Virus record (IMG/VR): IMGVR_UViG_3300035135_001596
Span: 1 to 31,613 of that record
Strand: one strand, 5' to 3'
Length of the DNA: 31,613 nucleotides
Source: a virus
Lineage: Duplodnaviria > Caudoviricetes
Part shown: positions 18,730-27,560 of the stretch, in pieces
Numbering within the stretch: position 1 is the first letter of the stretch
How the letters are laid out: every line of letters begins with the position of its first letter
Notes under the pieces: generated by a model
Seen by the model: the letters and a program-made list of their open reading frames with translations, nothing else
What the model was told of the DNA's origin: nothing
Database searches by the model: none
Program-made: the position numbers and the translations under genes

Positions 18730-19386
18730 ATGCTAGAAAGAACTGATTATAAGGTTAATATACCTAAATTTGATGGATTATTTCAAGGATTTAAAACACC
18801 ATTGAACGAACCTACTGGTAATTTCTTTTATGATCCTTGGCTAATAAAAGACAAATACGTAGGTACAGTTTGGGAAAAATTACTTGCAAGTTTACCGCAC
18901 CCACATGGAGAAGCAAGAGTAATTATAATGGAACCTGGCTCTAGTTATATGGCACATTCGGATATTGACAACCGATGGCATTTAAACATACAAGGAGATT
19001 ATTCATACTTGATAGATCTAACTACATTACAAATGTATGAATTAAAAAAGGACGGATATTGGTATTATATGGATGCAGGAAAAATACATACTGCGTCGAA
19101 TTACGGAAGTGTACCTAGAGTGCAATTAGTAGTAAGAGAATTACTTACTTCTACAGATTCATCAGAACTTTCTCAAGTTACAATAAAGCCAGCAATGCCA
19201 CAATATGATTATAGATATAAATTTGATAATCAAATCAGTCCTTGGTTAAACCAGGTCAATAAAGAAAACAAAATTAAAGATTTTGAATACAAAGATGAAA
19301 CGGTAAAGTTTAAAATACCTGTAACAGAACTGTCTGGCCTAAAGTTAAGTAAGGATTTTCGTATTGAAGTGGCTTCCATACCTTAA
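18730..19386 (+). CDS. 2OG-Fe(II) dioxygenase, Asp/Asn beta-hydroxylase-like
   Basis: MAHSDID (HxD), IHTASNYG (distal His) and PRVQLVV (2OG-binding Arg). ATG 18730 lies 5 nt after TAAATA. Confidence 0.8.
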   Translation: MLERTDYKVNIPKFDGLFQGFKTPLNEPTGNFFYDPWLIKDKYVGTVWEKLLASLPHPHGEARVIIMEPGSSYMAHSDIDNRWHLNIQGDYSYLIDLTTLQMYELKKDGYWYYMDAGKIHTASNYGSVPRVQLVVRELLTSTDSSELSQVTIKPAMPQYDYRYKFDNQISPWLNQVNKENKIKDFEYKDETVKFKIPVTELSGLKLSKDFRIEVASIP

Positions 19387-20035
19387 ATTAGATAATCAAG
19401 GTCGTCCTTGTATGGCTCAACAAACATACGAGCCGTTAGTAAGTTCTGATGGTAAAGTTTTTTGTAAAAATTATAATTTTCCTAACGATTACGCATATAG
19501 AGATACAACTAATAGACCGTTGTATACTGAAGAAGTAGTAAATTGGTTTTACGAAAATGAATTAAAATATATAGAAAAATTTAAAAACAAATCTTATGCC
19601 CCTGAAGTAATAGATATAAAAGATAAAAAAATATATATTAAATGGTATAAGGAAAGTTGTAATCAAAGGATATACAGCGGCAGACCTTGGAAAGAAAATC
19701 AGTGGCGTAAACACATAAAGTTTATTATGACGGATATTTATAAAGAGGGTGTATATAAATTGACTATGTATCCTCATTGTCATTATATTAGTGATGATGG
19801 AAATATGCGAGCTATTGATTGGTATGGTTGTGTTCCAGTAGAAGCACCATATATTGAAGAAAAATATATGCAAGGTATTATACACGAAACAGCACAATTT
19901 AGATTGCAAGAAACAGGAGAAGCAGTAGATCGAATGTTAAATTTAGAAATTATGTTCAAGCGTAGTTTAGGTACACATGTTTTATGGGGAGATAAAAATA
20001 TGGGAGACATATACAAGGAGTTGTTTCATGCCTAA
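19364..20035 (+). CDS. Protein-kinase-like fold protein with a degenerate catalytic loop
   Basis: FCK...YENELKYI...YAPEV...KLTMYPHCHYI...RAIDWYG match the order of beta3 Lys, helix-C Glu, catalytic loop and DFG. Paralog of 23295..23984. TTG start. Confidence 0.55.
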   Translation: MKWLPYLKLDNQGRPCMAQQTYEPLVSSDGKVFCKNYNFPNDYAYRDTTNRPLYTEEVVNWFYENELKYIEKFKNKSYAPEVIDIKDKKIYIKWYKESCNQRIYSGRPWKENQWRKHIKFIMTDIYKEGVYKLTMYPHCHYISDDGNMRAIDWYGCVPVEAPYIEEKYMQGIIHETAQFRLQETGEAVDRMLNLEIMFKRSLGTHVLWGDKNMGDIYKELFHA

Positions 20036-20603
20036 ATTTTTTGGTAGCACAAAGTCTATCATTGACTGGGATCCTGTTGTAGAAATTTGTAAGGATTGCA
20101 CTACAGGTGATTATAATTCAGTGAAATCAGTTGTTGAACGTTCAGAAGGAAACTGGAAGGACGATCCTAATTTGCTAGGAAAGTATCACGAAATTATAAA
20201 CACTTGGGATAACGCTGGATATAACTTAGAAGAAATTGAATGGTGGGATTATTATCCCGGTGAACATTTTGATATAGAAATACAAAATAAGTTTGCAGAA
20301 ATAGTAAATGCAGAACCGTTAAGAGTTTTTGTAAGTGATGTACGTCCTGGAACAAACGTACCATATCATTGGGACGTTGAAGACAATGAAGAAGAATGGT
20401 TAGCACAAGGAGAACTAAAACGCTGGGTTTGCTTTATGGATAAGCCTCGCTGGGGTAGTGTGTTAATATTAGAAGACAAAGCATTTCATAATGTGCCACA
20501 AGGTGAAATATGGGAATGGGATAATTACAGAAGTTATCACGCAGGAACAAGTTGTGGTATACATCATCAATATTTGTTTCATTTTTTAGGGAGACCCAAA
20601 TGA
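20028..20603 (+). CDS. 2OG-Fe(II) dioxygenase/cupin
   Basis: PYHWDVED (HxD) and YHAGTSCG. AAGGAG Shine-Dalgarno at 20015-20020 before ATG 20028. Confidence 0.8.
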   Translation: MPKFFGSTKSIIDWDPVVEICKDCTTGDYNSVKSVVERSEGNWKDDPNLLGKYHEIINTWDNAGYNLEEIEWWDYYPGEHFDIEIQNKFAEIVNAEPLRVFVSDVRPGTNVPYHWDVEDNEEEWLAQGELKRWVCFMDKPRWGSVLILEDKAFHNVPQGEIWEWDNYRSYHAGTSCGIHHQYLFHFLGRPK

Positions 20604-21133
20604 TGGTAAGAAGCATTGGAGTATGTAACACAATCAACTGGGATGCAGTAATTAAAGACTGCGAAAATTCAAATCCTGAGTACGTAGGACCTAGTCATAA
20701 GCGTGGAGATAATATACCTGGTTTAGATCCTATATTAGACATGTGGGAAGAAGCAGGATATAAAACTGTACACGAAGGTGGAACTGCTGGATGGGATATG
20801 TTTATTCCAGGTAAACAATTTGACACAAGCATAGTAGATGCTTGGAACGAACACTACAACTTAGACTGTAAAAATGTTTGGATAAGCAGAGTATGGCCCG
20901 GACGGTTTGCTCCTATACATTGGGACGTACATGATGACGAAGAAAACTTACCCGATTGTGCAAGATATCACTCGCATATTGGTAAGCCTCAGTGGGGACA
21001 TATTTTTATTGTAGACGATAAATGTTTGTATAATAGAACACAAGGTGAAACGTTTAGATGGGAAAATAGAAAATTATGGCATGCAGGAACTAACTGTGGT
21101 ACAACACCTAAATATATATGGAATGCTTGGTAA
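20600..21133 (+). CDS. 2OG-Fe(II) dioxygenase/cupin, tandem paralog of 20028..20603
   Basis: PIHWDVHD and WHAGTNCG. ATGA overlap with the upstream stop. Confidence 0.8.
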   Translation: MMVRSIGVCNTINWDAVIKDCENSNPEYVGPSHKRGDNIPGLDPILDMWEEAGYKTVHEGGTAGWDMFIPGKQFDTSIVDAWNEHYNLDCKNVWISRVWPGRFAPIHWDVHDDEENLPDCARYHSHIGKPQWGHIFIVDDKCLYNRTQGETFRWENRKLWHAGTNCGTTPKYIWNAW

Positions 21134-21142
21134 GGAGAAAAG

Positions 21143-21739
21143 ATGGAAAAAGTATTATCAGAGATGCCTAGAATATCAGTTTTTACTGATGTACTTACAG
21201 ATGAAGAATCAGATTACTATGTAAAAAAATACAGTGAACTAGGAATGAATCCTGATGCAGGATTAGAATCACGAGAGCAAACAAATGGGCAAATCACAGA
21301 AGAAGTAGAACAGCGTAGTATTAGCTGGGATACTGATAACGAAGATAGAGAGTTTTTTAAAAAACGTCTTGCAGAAACAGTTGGATTTCCGATTGAACAT
21401 ATAGAAGCAGGCGATATTTATAGATATCAACCTGGACAGTATTTTGGTCTGCATCACGACTTTCCTTACACTCCAGAAGAAATTGCATATTATGAAAAAG
21501 GTGGTGACAGAAAAGCAACAGGTATTTTTTGGTTAACAGGTGACTTCGAAGGCGGTACTTGTGATTTTCCTGAACTAGATGTATCAGTAAAGCCTGTAAA
21601 AAATGGTATGTTTTATTTTGAATATGACTACGAAGATGAAGCAATTAATCAGTCAACTATACACGAAGCAATGCCTATTACAAAAGGAGAAAAATGGATC
21701 GCAGCATTTTTTATTGCTAATGGTCCAAGGGTAGAATGA
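21143..21739 (+). CDS. Prolyl 4-hydroxylase-like 2OG-Fe(II) oxygenase
   Basis: RYQPGQYFGLHHDF, GGDRKAT, EGGTCDFP and IHEAMPITKGEKW are typical P4H motifs. AAGGAG Shine-Dalgarno upstream. Confidence 0.88.
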   Translation: MEKVLSEMPRISVFTDVLTDEESDYYVKKYSELGMNPDAGLESREQTNGQITEEVEQRSISWDTDNEDREFFKKRLAETVGFPIEHIEAGDIYRYQPGQYFGLHHDFPYTPEEIAYYEKGGDRKATGIFWLTGDFEGGTCDFPELDVSVKPVKNGMFYFEYDYEDEAINQSTIHEAMPITKGEKWIAAFFIANGPRVE

Positions 21740-22179
21740 AATTTTATATAACTGGTGCAAGCAGAGGACTAGGAGAATACTTAGCAAAATATTTTCACTG
21801 TGAGAGTTTTAACAAACCTTTTGATCTTAATTCTGACATCGAAACAATTTGTGATAGTATTGAAGAAGGCAGTATTGTAATACTTAATGCTCACGCTAGT
21901 CAATTAAAATATGTAGAACGTCTTAAAGACAAGTGCAATTTGGTTGTAATGGGAAGTATTGCGGCAGTGAATTTTGATCGTGAAATGCCAAAGTACAGCA
22001 AAGAAAAATGGGAACTAGAAAAAACTGTACAACAGTTAGCATTACATAACAAATACGCTATTTTATATTTACAATTGACAAGTAGCAGTTATAAAAACTA
22101 CCAATTGGTTGCAAACAGTATACAGTTTTGGTTAGACAATCCTGATACAACTTTTATAGGGTATAATATAAATGACTAA
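21736..22179 (+). CDS. Short SDR-family oxidoreductase
   Basis: ITGASRGLG, ILNAH, VMGSIA and YSKEK (YxxxK). Only 147 aa. Confidence 0.75.
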   Translation: MKFYITGASRGLGEYLAKYFHCESFNKPFDLNSDIETICDSIEEGSIVILNAHASQLKYVERLKDKCNLVVMGSIAAVNFDREMPKYSKEKWELEKTVQQLALHNKYAILYLQLTSSSYKNYQLVANSIQFWLDNPDTTFIGYNIND

Positions 22180-22771
22180 AAAAATAGTAATTACAGGACA
22201 CACTAGAGGTATAGGCAAAGCAATCTATGATAAATTTACAGAAGTAAGTTGTCACGAGATTGTAGGCATTAGCAGAAGCAACGGCTATGACATAGATGCA
22301 GATTTTGATAAAGTTGTTGCAGAAGCAACTGGTGCAGAAATTTTTATTAACAATGCTTATAGAGATCAACAACAACTTAAACTGTTTCATGCATTAAAAG
22401 ACAAAGTTGATATGATGGTTGTTATGGGAAGTGTAAGTAGACATTATCCTGAACTTATTCCTACCGATTATGTACATGATAAACAAGCACTAGCAGAAGC
22501 ATGTCGATTAGAAAGTATTAATCCAAATGGTATTCCTATACTACATTTAGATTTAAGTTTTATTGAAGGGACTGAAATTAACTATGATGATCCTACAGCA
22601 TTCAACAGCGATTACAATACTAGTTTTGAAGATATTGTAGACACAATTATTTTCTGGGCACAGAAGCCTAGCATTAGACAAGTAGAGTTTCGTTGGAAAT
22701 TAACAGATCATGTTATGAGTGAATTTAAAAGGATTAATCCAAACTTAGACCCATCTCGGATAAAGTTTTAA
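22172..22771 (+). CDS. SDR-family oxidoreductase
   Basis: ITGHTRGIG, INNA, VMGSVS and YVHDK (YxxxK). Confidence 0.8.
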   Translation: MTKKIVITGHTRGIGKAIYDKFTEVSCHEIVGISRSNGYDIDADFDKVVAEATGAEIFINNAYRDQQQLKLFHALKDKVDMMVVMGSVSRHYPELIPTDYVHDKQALAEACRLESINPNGIPILHLDLSFIEGTEINYDDPTAFNSDYNTSFEDIVDTIIFWAQKPSIRQVEFRWKLTDHVMSEFKRINPNLDPSRIKF

Positions 22772-23302
22772 ATTAGCATAAAATTTATCAGGATGTATTT
22801 CCCAAACAGTTTGATCAGTGTGTCTATAATGTACATCTTTAATTTTAGATACAATACCTAGTTTTGCAAGTGTAGGAAAGTAATAACTATGCACAAGACG
22901 CTGACTTGCTTCTTTACTTGCATTAGATGTAGCAAACATTCTTCCACGTCCTCCTACCCATTCGATGCATTGAGGCAGTAAAAATTGATCTGTCAAGTTT
23001 TGATGTTCTGCTACAAGACGTTTAGGAGTAATAAGTCCTGCACCTTTACGCTCTTCAGCAAATGTACATACTCTTGTAAGTATACGATATCCACCAGGCA
23101 TAACATCATCAAACGAATGTGCAGCAACACTTCCTACAGCACGATTGCCATTATAAAGTATCCAAGCACTCCAATCAGATTCATTACGGAAACAATCTAT
23201 CATTGCTTTCTGACTAGAGTTATTTACAAAACCACGACGAGTTGCTTCTGAATAAAACTCAGTTAAGTCTAAATCTTTACTCCATTTTACAAGGCTATGC
23301 AT
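22745..23302 (-). CDS. Hypothetical protein, possible GNAT-fold acyltransferase
   Basis: AWILYNGNRAVGSVAAH...YRILTRVCT...LLPQCIEW...FATSN fits the GNAT strand/helix order by eye. Confidence 0.55.
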   Translation of the reverse strand: MHSLVKWSKDLDLTEFYSEATRRGFVNNSSQKAMIDCFRNESDWSAWILYNGNRAVGSVAAHSFDDVMPGGYRILTRVCTFAEERKGAGLITPKRLVAEHQNLTDQFLLPQCIEWVGGRGRMFATSNASKEASQRLVHSYYFPTLAKLGIVSKIKDVHYRHTDQTVWEIHPDKFYANLKLYPRWV

Positions 23303-23984
23303 ATATTTCTTTTGCCAATTCCATTACATCATCTCTAAAGTTTGTTTTAAAACTTTCGAATGCTAGTAACTGTATTTCTTTGTGTGCAGTGGGTTTATCA
23401 ATGTCAATTCCCATAGAAGCCATTTTAGGAAATAAGTCTGCTTGTCTATCTTCACTAATATGACTCATTACACTACGCAAACTTATATCATTATCAGCTT
23501 GATCATACGTAAAGAAATAATTTATACTTTTAAGTTTACCGTTTACAATAAAGTAACTTGACGGATGCAAACTGTATTTGGTTAATCCTAAGTCTTTGTG
23601 TGCTTGTAGTATTTCGAGCATCTGTTTATCCCAGTCAGGCAATACCTGTGAGTAGTCTGTTCCTACACAGCCGGCAAGTTCCCACATATCAGGTCCATCT
23701 ATTTCTAAATAAACTTTTCGTTCCTTTTCGTTGATACTAAACTTAGGAATATGTTCAGGATAGTGTGTTTTCATTATCCTTAAAAATTTAACCTCACGTT
23801 CAAATTTTTCATCCATCAACGACGGGTCAACAACTTGATTATGCCCACCGTGATAATTTTCGTCGTTGTAGTACCATTGACAAAAAAGTCCGTTTTTTGA
23901 AATTAAGCTAGTATAAATTAGATTATTTCTACATAACCCTTTGCCAGGAACGTTGTTGTAATAATATTCATAATTCCCGTTCAT
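23295..23984 (-). CDS. Protein-kinase-like fold protein with a degenerate catalytic loop
   Basis: FEREVKFL...HIPKF...KYSLHPSSYFIVNGKLKSINYF. Paralog of 19364..20035. Confidence 0.55.
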   Translation of the reverse strand: MNGNYEYYYNNVPGKGLCRNNLIYTSLISKNGLFCQWYYNDENYHGGHNQVVDPSLMDEKFEREVKFLRIMKTHYPEHIPKFSINEKERKVYLEIDGPDMWELAGCVGTDYSQVLPDWDKQMLEILQAHKDLGLTKYSLHPSSYFIVNGKLKSINYFFTYDQADNDISLRSVMSHISEDRQADLFPKMASMGIDIDKPTAHKEIQLLAFESFKTNFRDDVMELAKEIYA

Positions 23985-23989
23985 GCAAC

Positions 23990-24006
23990 TACTTATCTGG
24001 TAAGTA
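23990..24006. promoter_or_regulatory. Back-to-back promoter boxes, perfect inverted repeat TACTTA-N5-TAAGTA
   Basis: TACTTA at 23990-23995 and TAAGTA at 24001-24006. Each is 5 nt from an ATG (23984 on -, 24012 on +). Confidence 0.68.
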
Positions 24007-24011
24007 TATGT

Positions 24012-24821
24012 ATGATTAGAGGAATTGGTGGCAAACCATACATTAACTTAGATCCTTATTTAGACATAAAGGGTTTTAGGAATCTGCATCCAGAAATTTG
24101 CAAAGGTTTTGCATTAGCAAGAGATTATGCAAAAGAAGGAACGTGGATGGCTCCTGGCTTTGACTGGAAGGACGCTTCTTATATTTTAAATTGGAAACCG
24201 ATTTATCAAGCGTGGGATGACTATCAGTCATTGCCAGACGACCACCCTATTAAGGTAGAAGGCAATAAAATATTACCAACAGACTTTGGCGACTATAGGC
24301 AACGAAACATTTTTACAAGATATTTAAAAACAACTATGGGTGCAAATGACCCATACATATATTATTTTTTATGGAATGAAGGAGATTGGAATGAAAGGAA
24401 CGCTGAACGTCAAAAAACTGAAGAAGCGGTTTACTTTCCGGGTATCGTTAAGTGGGTTGAAAGCCTCCAAGAAGAAGGTATCATTAGCCAAATCGGAAGG
24501 GTAATATTTTTTCACTGTGATCACAACGGTAAAGCATTTGAACATAGAGATTTAGATGCAAATAATGGAGTACATGATGATAAGCAATATAGTCCGCACA
24601 ATAATGAATTTATACATATACGCTATCGTACAAAAAGAGGATTTTATATTTGGGATCCCGAAAGCGAAAATAAACATTATATAAATTGTAATGCTGCATT
24701 TTGGAATGATCAAGACTGGCACGGCGGAGAAAGTAGTGCTGAAGTAGAATACGGCTTACGTGTTGATTGCAAATTTACTCCAGAATTCCGCAAAGTCATA
24801 GGCGTTACCGGAAGCTATTAA
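24012..24821 (+). CDS. Putative 2OG-Fe(II)/cupin oxygenase
   Basis: GRVIFF...FEHRD (HxD)...DWHGG...LRVD pattern. Confidence 0.65.
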   Translation: MIRGIGGKPYINLDPYLDIKGFRNLHPEICKGFALARDYAKEGTWMAPGFDWKDASYILNWKPIYQAWDDYQSLPDDHPIKVEGNKILPTDFGDYRQRNIFTRYLKTTMGANDPYIYYFLWNEGDWNERNAERQKTEEAVYFPGIVKWVESLQEEGIISQIGRVIFFHCDHNGKAFEHRDLDANNGVHDDKQYSPHNNEFIHIRYRTKRGFYIWDPESENKHYINCNAAFWNDQDWHGGESSAEVEYGLRVDCKFTPEFRKVIGVTGSY

Positions 24822-25312
24822 TGAAATTACTTGGTAATTTTAATTTTATCCAAGACACTTGGATAGACGAAGTTCTTAATAAAGAAGGACAAGCCCGGCC
24901 CCGAGATTGGCCAGCGATAAATGCTATTGAAAGTGCTGAATATTCTCGTGCAGAAGAAGCAGGATATGATTTAAATGCTATACATTGGTGGGTATATGAA
25001 AAACAAGATGTAAGTTTTGATTTTGTTCCAACTTTTGTTAAAGGTAATTATCATTGGTGGATAACTAAACTATATCCCGGGCAATTTATGCCTGTACATA
25101 CTGATCCGCATACACACAGTCAATCGTGTAAGCGTTATTGGTGTCCATTACAAGATTATCATCCAGGACATATTTTTTTGTATAAAGATACTGTTCCTGT
25201 TAACTATAAGAAGGGTGATGTTTTTGTATACGAAAACGAGCAAGATATCCACGGAGCAGCAAACATAGGACATATTCCTAGACTAGTATTACAAGTTACG
25301 GAGTATATTTAA
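24821..25312 (+). CDS. 2OG-Fe(II) dioxygenase/cupin
   Basis: PGQFMPVHTD, IHGAANIG and PRLVLQV. TAATG overlap supports start 24821. Related to the 20028 and 20600 proteins (AGY, W, GHIF). Confidence 0.8.
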   Translation: MKLLGNFNFIQDTWIDEVLNKEGQARPRDWPAINAIESAEYSRAEEAGYDLNAIHWWVYEKQDVSFDFVPTFVKGNYHWWITKLYPGQFMPVHTDPHTHSQSCKRYWCPLQDYHPGHIFLYKDTVPVNYKKGDVFVYENEQDIHGAANIGHIPRLVLQVTEYI

Positions 25313-25342
25313 TTTATTTTTTATTAATTTAACGGAGTATAT

Positions 25343-25894
25343 ATGAAATTTATTTTCACACTTTTTATTTTATTAGCAACAGCAACAGCAGCACAAGCAG
25401 ATAGTATTAATTTTCAATTAGGCGATCAAACAAACAGCAACGGCACGAGTAGTAATGTCTATACTATCAAATACATTCATGACGTAAATAAAAATTTAGA
25501 TGTTGGCGTTATGATTAACAACTCTAGAAATACATCTACAGAAGGAGTAGTATCTTTATATGAAATCTCTACAAGATATAAAATTCCAGTTGTTAACAAG
25601 ACTGCTATTTATATTGGACCGACTTTAGGATCATTGCAACCATCTGGAGTAGACAGTAGAAATTATGTAGGTTTAGAATTCGGAGCCATGACAAAAATTA
25701 CTGATAGAATAGGTTTAAGAGCAGATTATACTAAAATGACAGGAATAAATGTAGATACTATGGATAATACTTATTCCAGAATTTGGGCATCATACGATCT
25801 TACTAAGAAGAACACTATCGGCATTCGTAGAGATTTTATGAGAGGCGATTTAGAATTTGATACTTGGAGTTTAATGTTTCAGCATAGATTTTAG
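25343..25894 (+). CDS. Outer-membrane beta-barrel protein with Sec signal peptide
   Basis: MKFIFTLFILLATATAAQA signal peptide (AQA cleavage site), alternating amphipathic strands, C-terminal LMFQHRF ending in Phe. GGAG Shine-Dalgarno upstream. Confidence 0.75.
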   Translation: MKFIFTLFILLATATAAQADSINFQLGDQTNSNGTSSNVYTIKYIHDVNKNLDVGVMINNSRNTSTEGVVSLYEISTRYKIPVVNKTAIYIGPTLGSLQPSGVDSRNYVGLEFGAMTKITDRIGLRADYTKMTGINVDTMDNTYSRIWASYDLTKKNTIGIRRDFMRGDLEFDTWSLMFQHRF

Positions 25895-25901
25895 TGTAAT
25901 C

Positions 25902-26876
25902 TTAGTTTCTGCTATTTTTATGTATCTTTAACACATTGATTTCATTCTTTTCAACACCCATGTATTCACCAGGGCACATGCTACATTCATCTACACTGCA
26001 ATAATGTGTGTTAGCGAAATGTTCAATCTCTTTATCTGTACAAGTTTCTAAATTTACAGGTTTATATTTTAGATACTTTTGCCACTCGGCATCTTGTAAT
26101 AAGTCATATTTTTCTAAAAGCCTTCTTAATGTACCTAATGCTCCACACTTGTAAATTTTCTTGTCGTGTAAAAAAGCACAAAATTGACTTGGGCAACTAT
26201 TCTTGTAAGCATCTGCCGGATTACTATTAAACGGCTTTGGTATTCCATTCACTTTATTTACAATAGTTTGAAAGTATGGAGACTCCATATAATGAATCCC
26301 CCAATTTCCTTCCATGTATGTAATATCATTTGGATCACGGCCTTCAAAGTCGTCTATCCACCCTTTTTCTTTTAGATACTTCTTCCAATTATCTGTTCCG
26401 GTATCTGCTTTAAATACATCATACCACCAAAGATGAGCTGGAATTGTTTCTTTGATGCCTAAACGTTGACCAATTGTGTGTACAGCATTCACCATAGTAT
26501 CTTTGGAATAGAACAGCGGTGTGTGATTACAAACTTGAACCCAGATATGATATTCGTTTACAAGATCAACAACCCAGTCAATATTTTTATGTAACAACAT
26601 TCCGTTCGTAGACATAAAGATAGTTTTGTTTGGTTCAAAGCTACGTATACACTTTATAATTTCTAATATCTTGTCTTTGTATAAAAATGGTTCGCCACCT
26701 ATCATACTCCAGTTTTCAACATCAAACTTTTTGTTAGCTAGTATTAAACTTTCTCGAATTGATTCAATACTAGGACCGTCAAAATCTAACTCGTCGCTTC
26801 TACTATCACAATTAGAACATGCTAGATTACACTTATTGCCATAAAATGCATCAAGTAATTTAATGTGTCTGTTCAT
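25902..26876 (-). CDS. Radical SAM protein with C-terminal Cys-rich domain
   Basis: CNLACSNC, IGGEP and STNG motifs. C-terminal CPSQFC...YKC...CSMCP. ATG 26876 preferred (ORF track gives 26900). Confidence 0.88.
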   Translation of the reverse strand: MNRHIKLLDAFYGNKCNLACSNCDSRSDELDFDGPSIESIRESLILANKKFDVENWSMIGGEPFLYKDKILEIIKCIRSFEPNKTIFMSTNGMLLHKNIDWVVDLVNEYHIWVQVCNHTPLFYSKDTMVNAVHTIGQRLGIKETIPAHLWWYDVFKADTGTDNWKKYLKEKGWIDDFEGRDPNDITYMEGNWGIHYMESPYFQTIVNKVNGIPKPFNSNPADAYKNSCPSQFCAFLHDKKIYKCGALGTLRRLLEKYDLLQDAEWQKYLKYKPVNLETCTDKEIEHFANTHYCSVDECSMCPGEYMGVEKNEINVLKIHKNSRN

Positions 26877-27525
26877 TTTGTTTCCTATAACTTCTTGCAA
26901 TCAATTCTATAAATTCCTTTTTACGTTTGCCTGGAATACCGTGTGCAATTAAATGTATTCTAGATATATTTGAGTTATTAACAAAACTGTGTACATTGCG
27001 TATATTAATAATAAATGCTTTGCCTTCTTTGAAAGGTACAGTTCCGTGTCCTTCTAAAGTCATATAACAATCATCTGGATGTATGATTGCTATATTTATA
27101 GGAACGCCAAACTCTAGCATGTCTAAATTATCTTCTCCTGGTAAGCGTCCAGGAGCATCACTATGCGGGTTTATTCTGCCACCAGATTCAAGTTGCATGA
27201 AACGAATTCTTCTATAACTCTCGTAAGGAAATTGCTCCCAAAAACTTTTTATATTAGGAGTGTGTTCGCTTATACTAGTCCATTTGTAAGGGACTTCATT
27301 TTCGTTTTTCCAATCGCCGTAATTTGTCCATGCACCTGTTTTATCAACATCAATACCATGTATACAACTACTGTTCCAGCCTGGATGCTCTTTACCTCTA
27401 TGATCTACAAATAGTGCCGCATCAGTTTCACGCTTCCATGCATCTAAGTCAAACTCAATATCTAGTTCTAGCCAACCCGTACTCGGATCATTTAACACTT
27501 TGTTTGCAATATCATAATCGTTCAT
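26860..27525 (-). CDS. 2OG-Fe(II) dioxygenase, Asp/Asn beta-hydroxylase-like
   Basis: RIRFMQLESGGRINPHSD, VHSFVN and SRIHLI. ATG 27525 lies 5 nt after ATAAGTA (ORF track gives 27540). Confidence 0.85.
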   Translation of the reverse strand: MNDYDIANKVLNDPSTGWLELDIEFDLDAWKRETDAALFVDHRGKEHPGWNSSCIHGIDVDKTGAWTNYGDWKNENEVPYKWTSISEHTPNIKSFWEQFPYESYRRIRFMQLESGGRINPHSDAPGRLPGEDNLDMLEFGVPINIAIIHPDDCYMTLEGHGTVPFKEGKAFIINIRNVHSFVNNSNISRIHLIAHGIPGKRKKEFIELIARSYRKQNEQTH

Positions 27526-27530
27526 ATTTG

Positions 27531-27560
27531 TACTTATCATATAAACTGCGTGTATAAATA
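27531..27560. promoter_or_regulatory. Divergent promoter boxes: ATAAGTA (-) and exact T4 late consensus TATAAATA (+)
   Basis: TACTTAT at 27531-27537 and TATAAATA at 27553-27560. Each is 5 nt from an ATG (27525 on -, 27566 on +). Confidence 0.7.

Noticed and set aside
22162-22171. TATAAT just before the second SDR
   Set aside because: It lies inside the upstream CDS, has no -35 at 17 nt and is only 4 nt from the ATG.
25310-25332. T-rich stretch as a terminator
   Set aside because: No stable GC stem precedes it.
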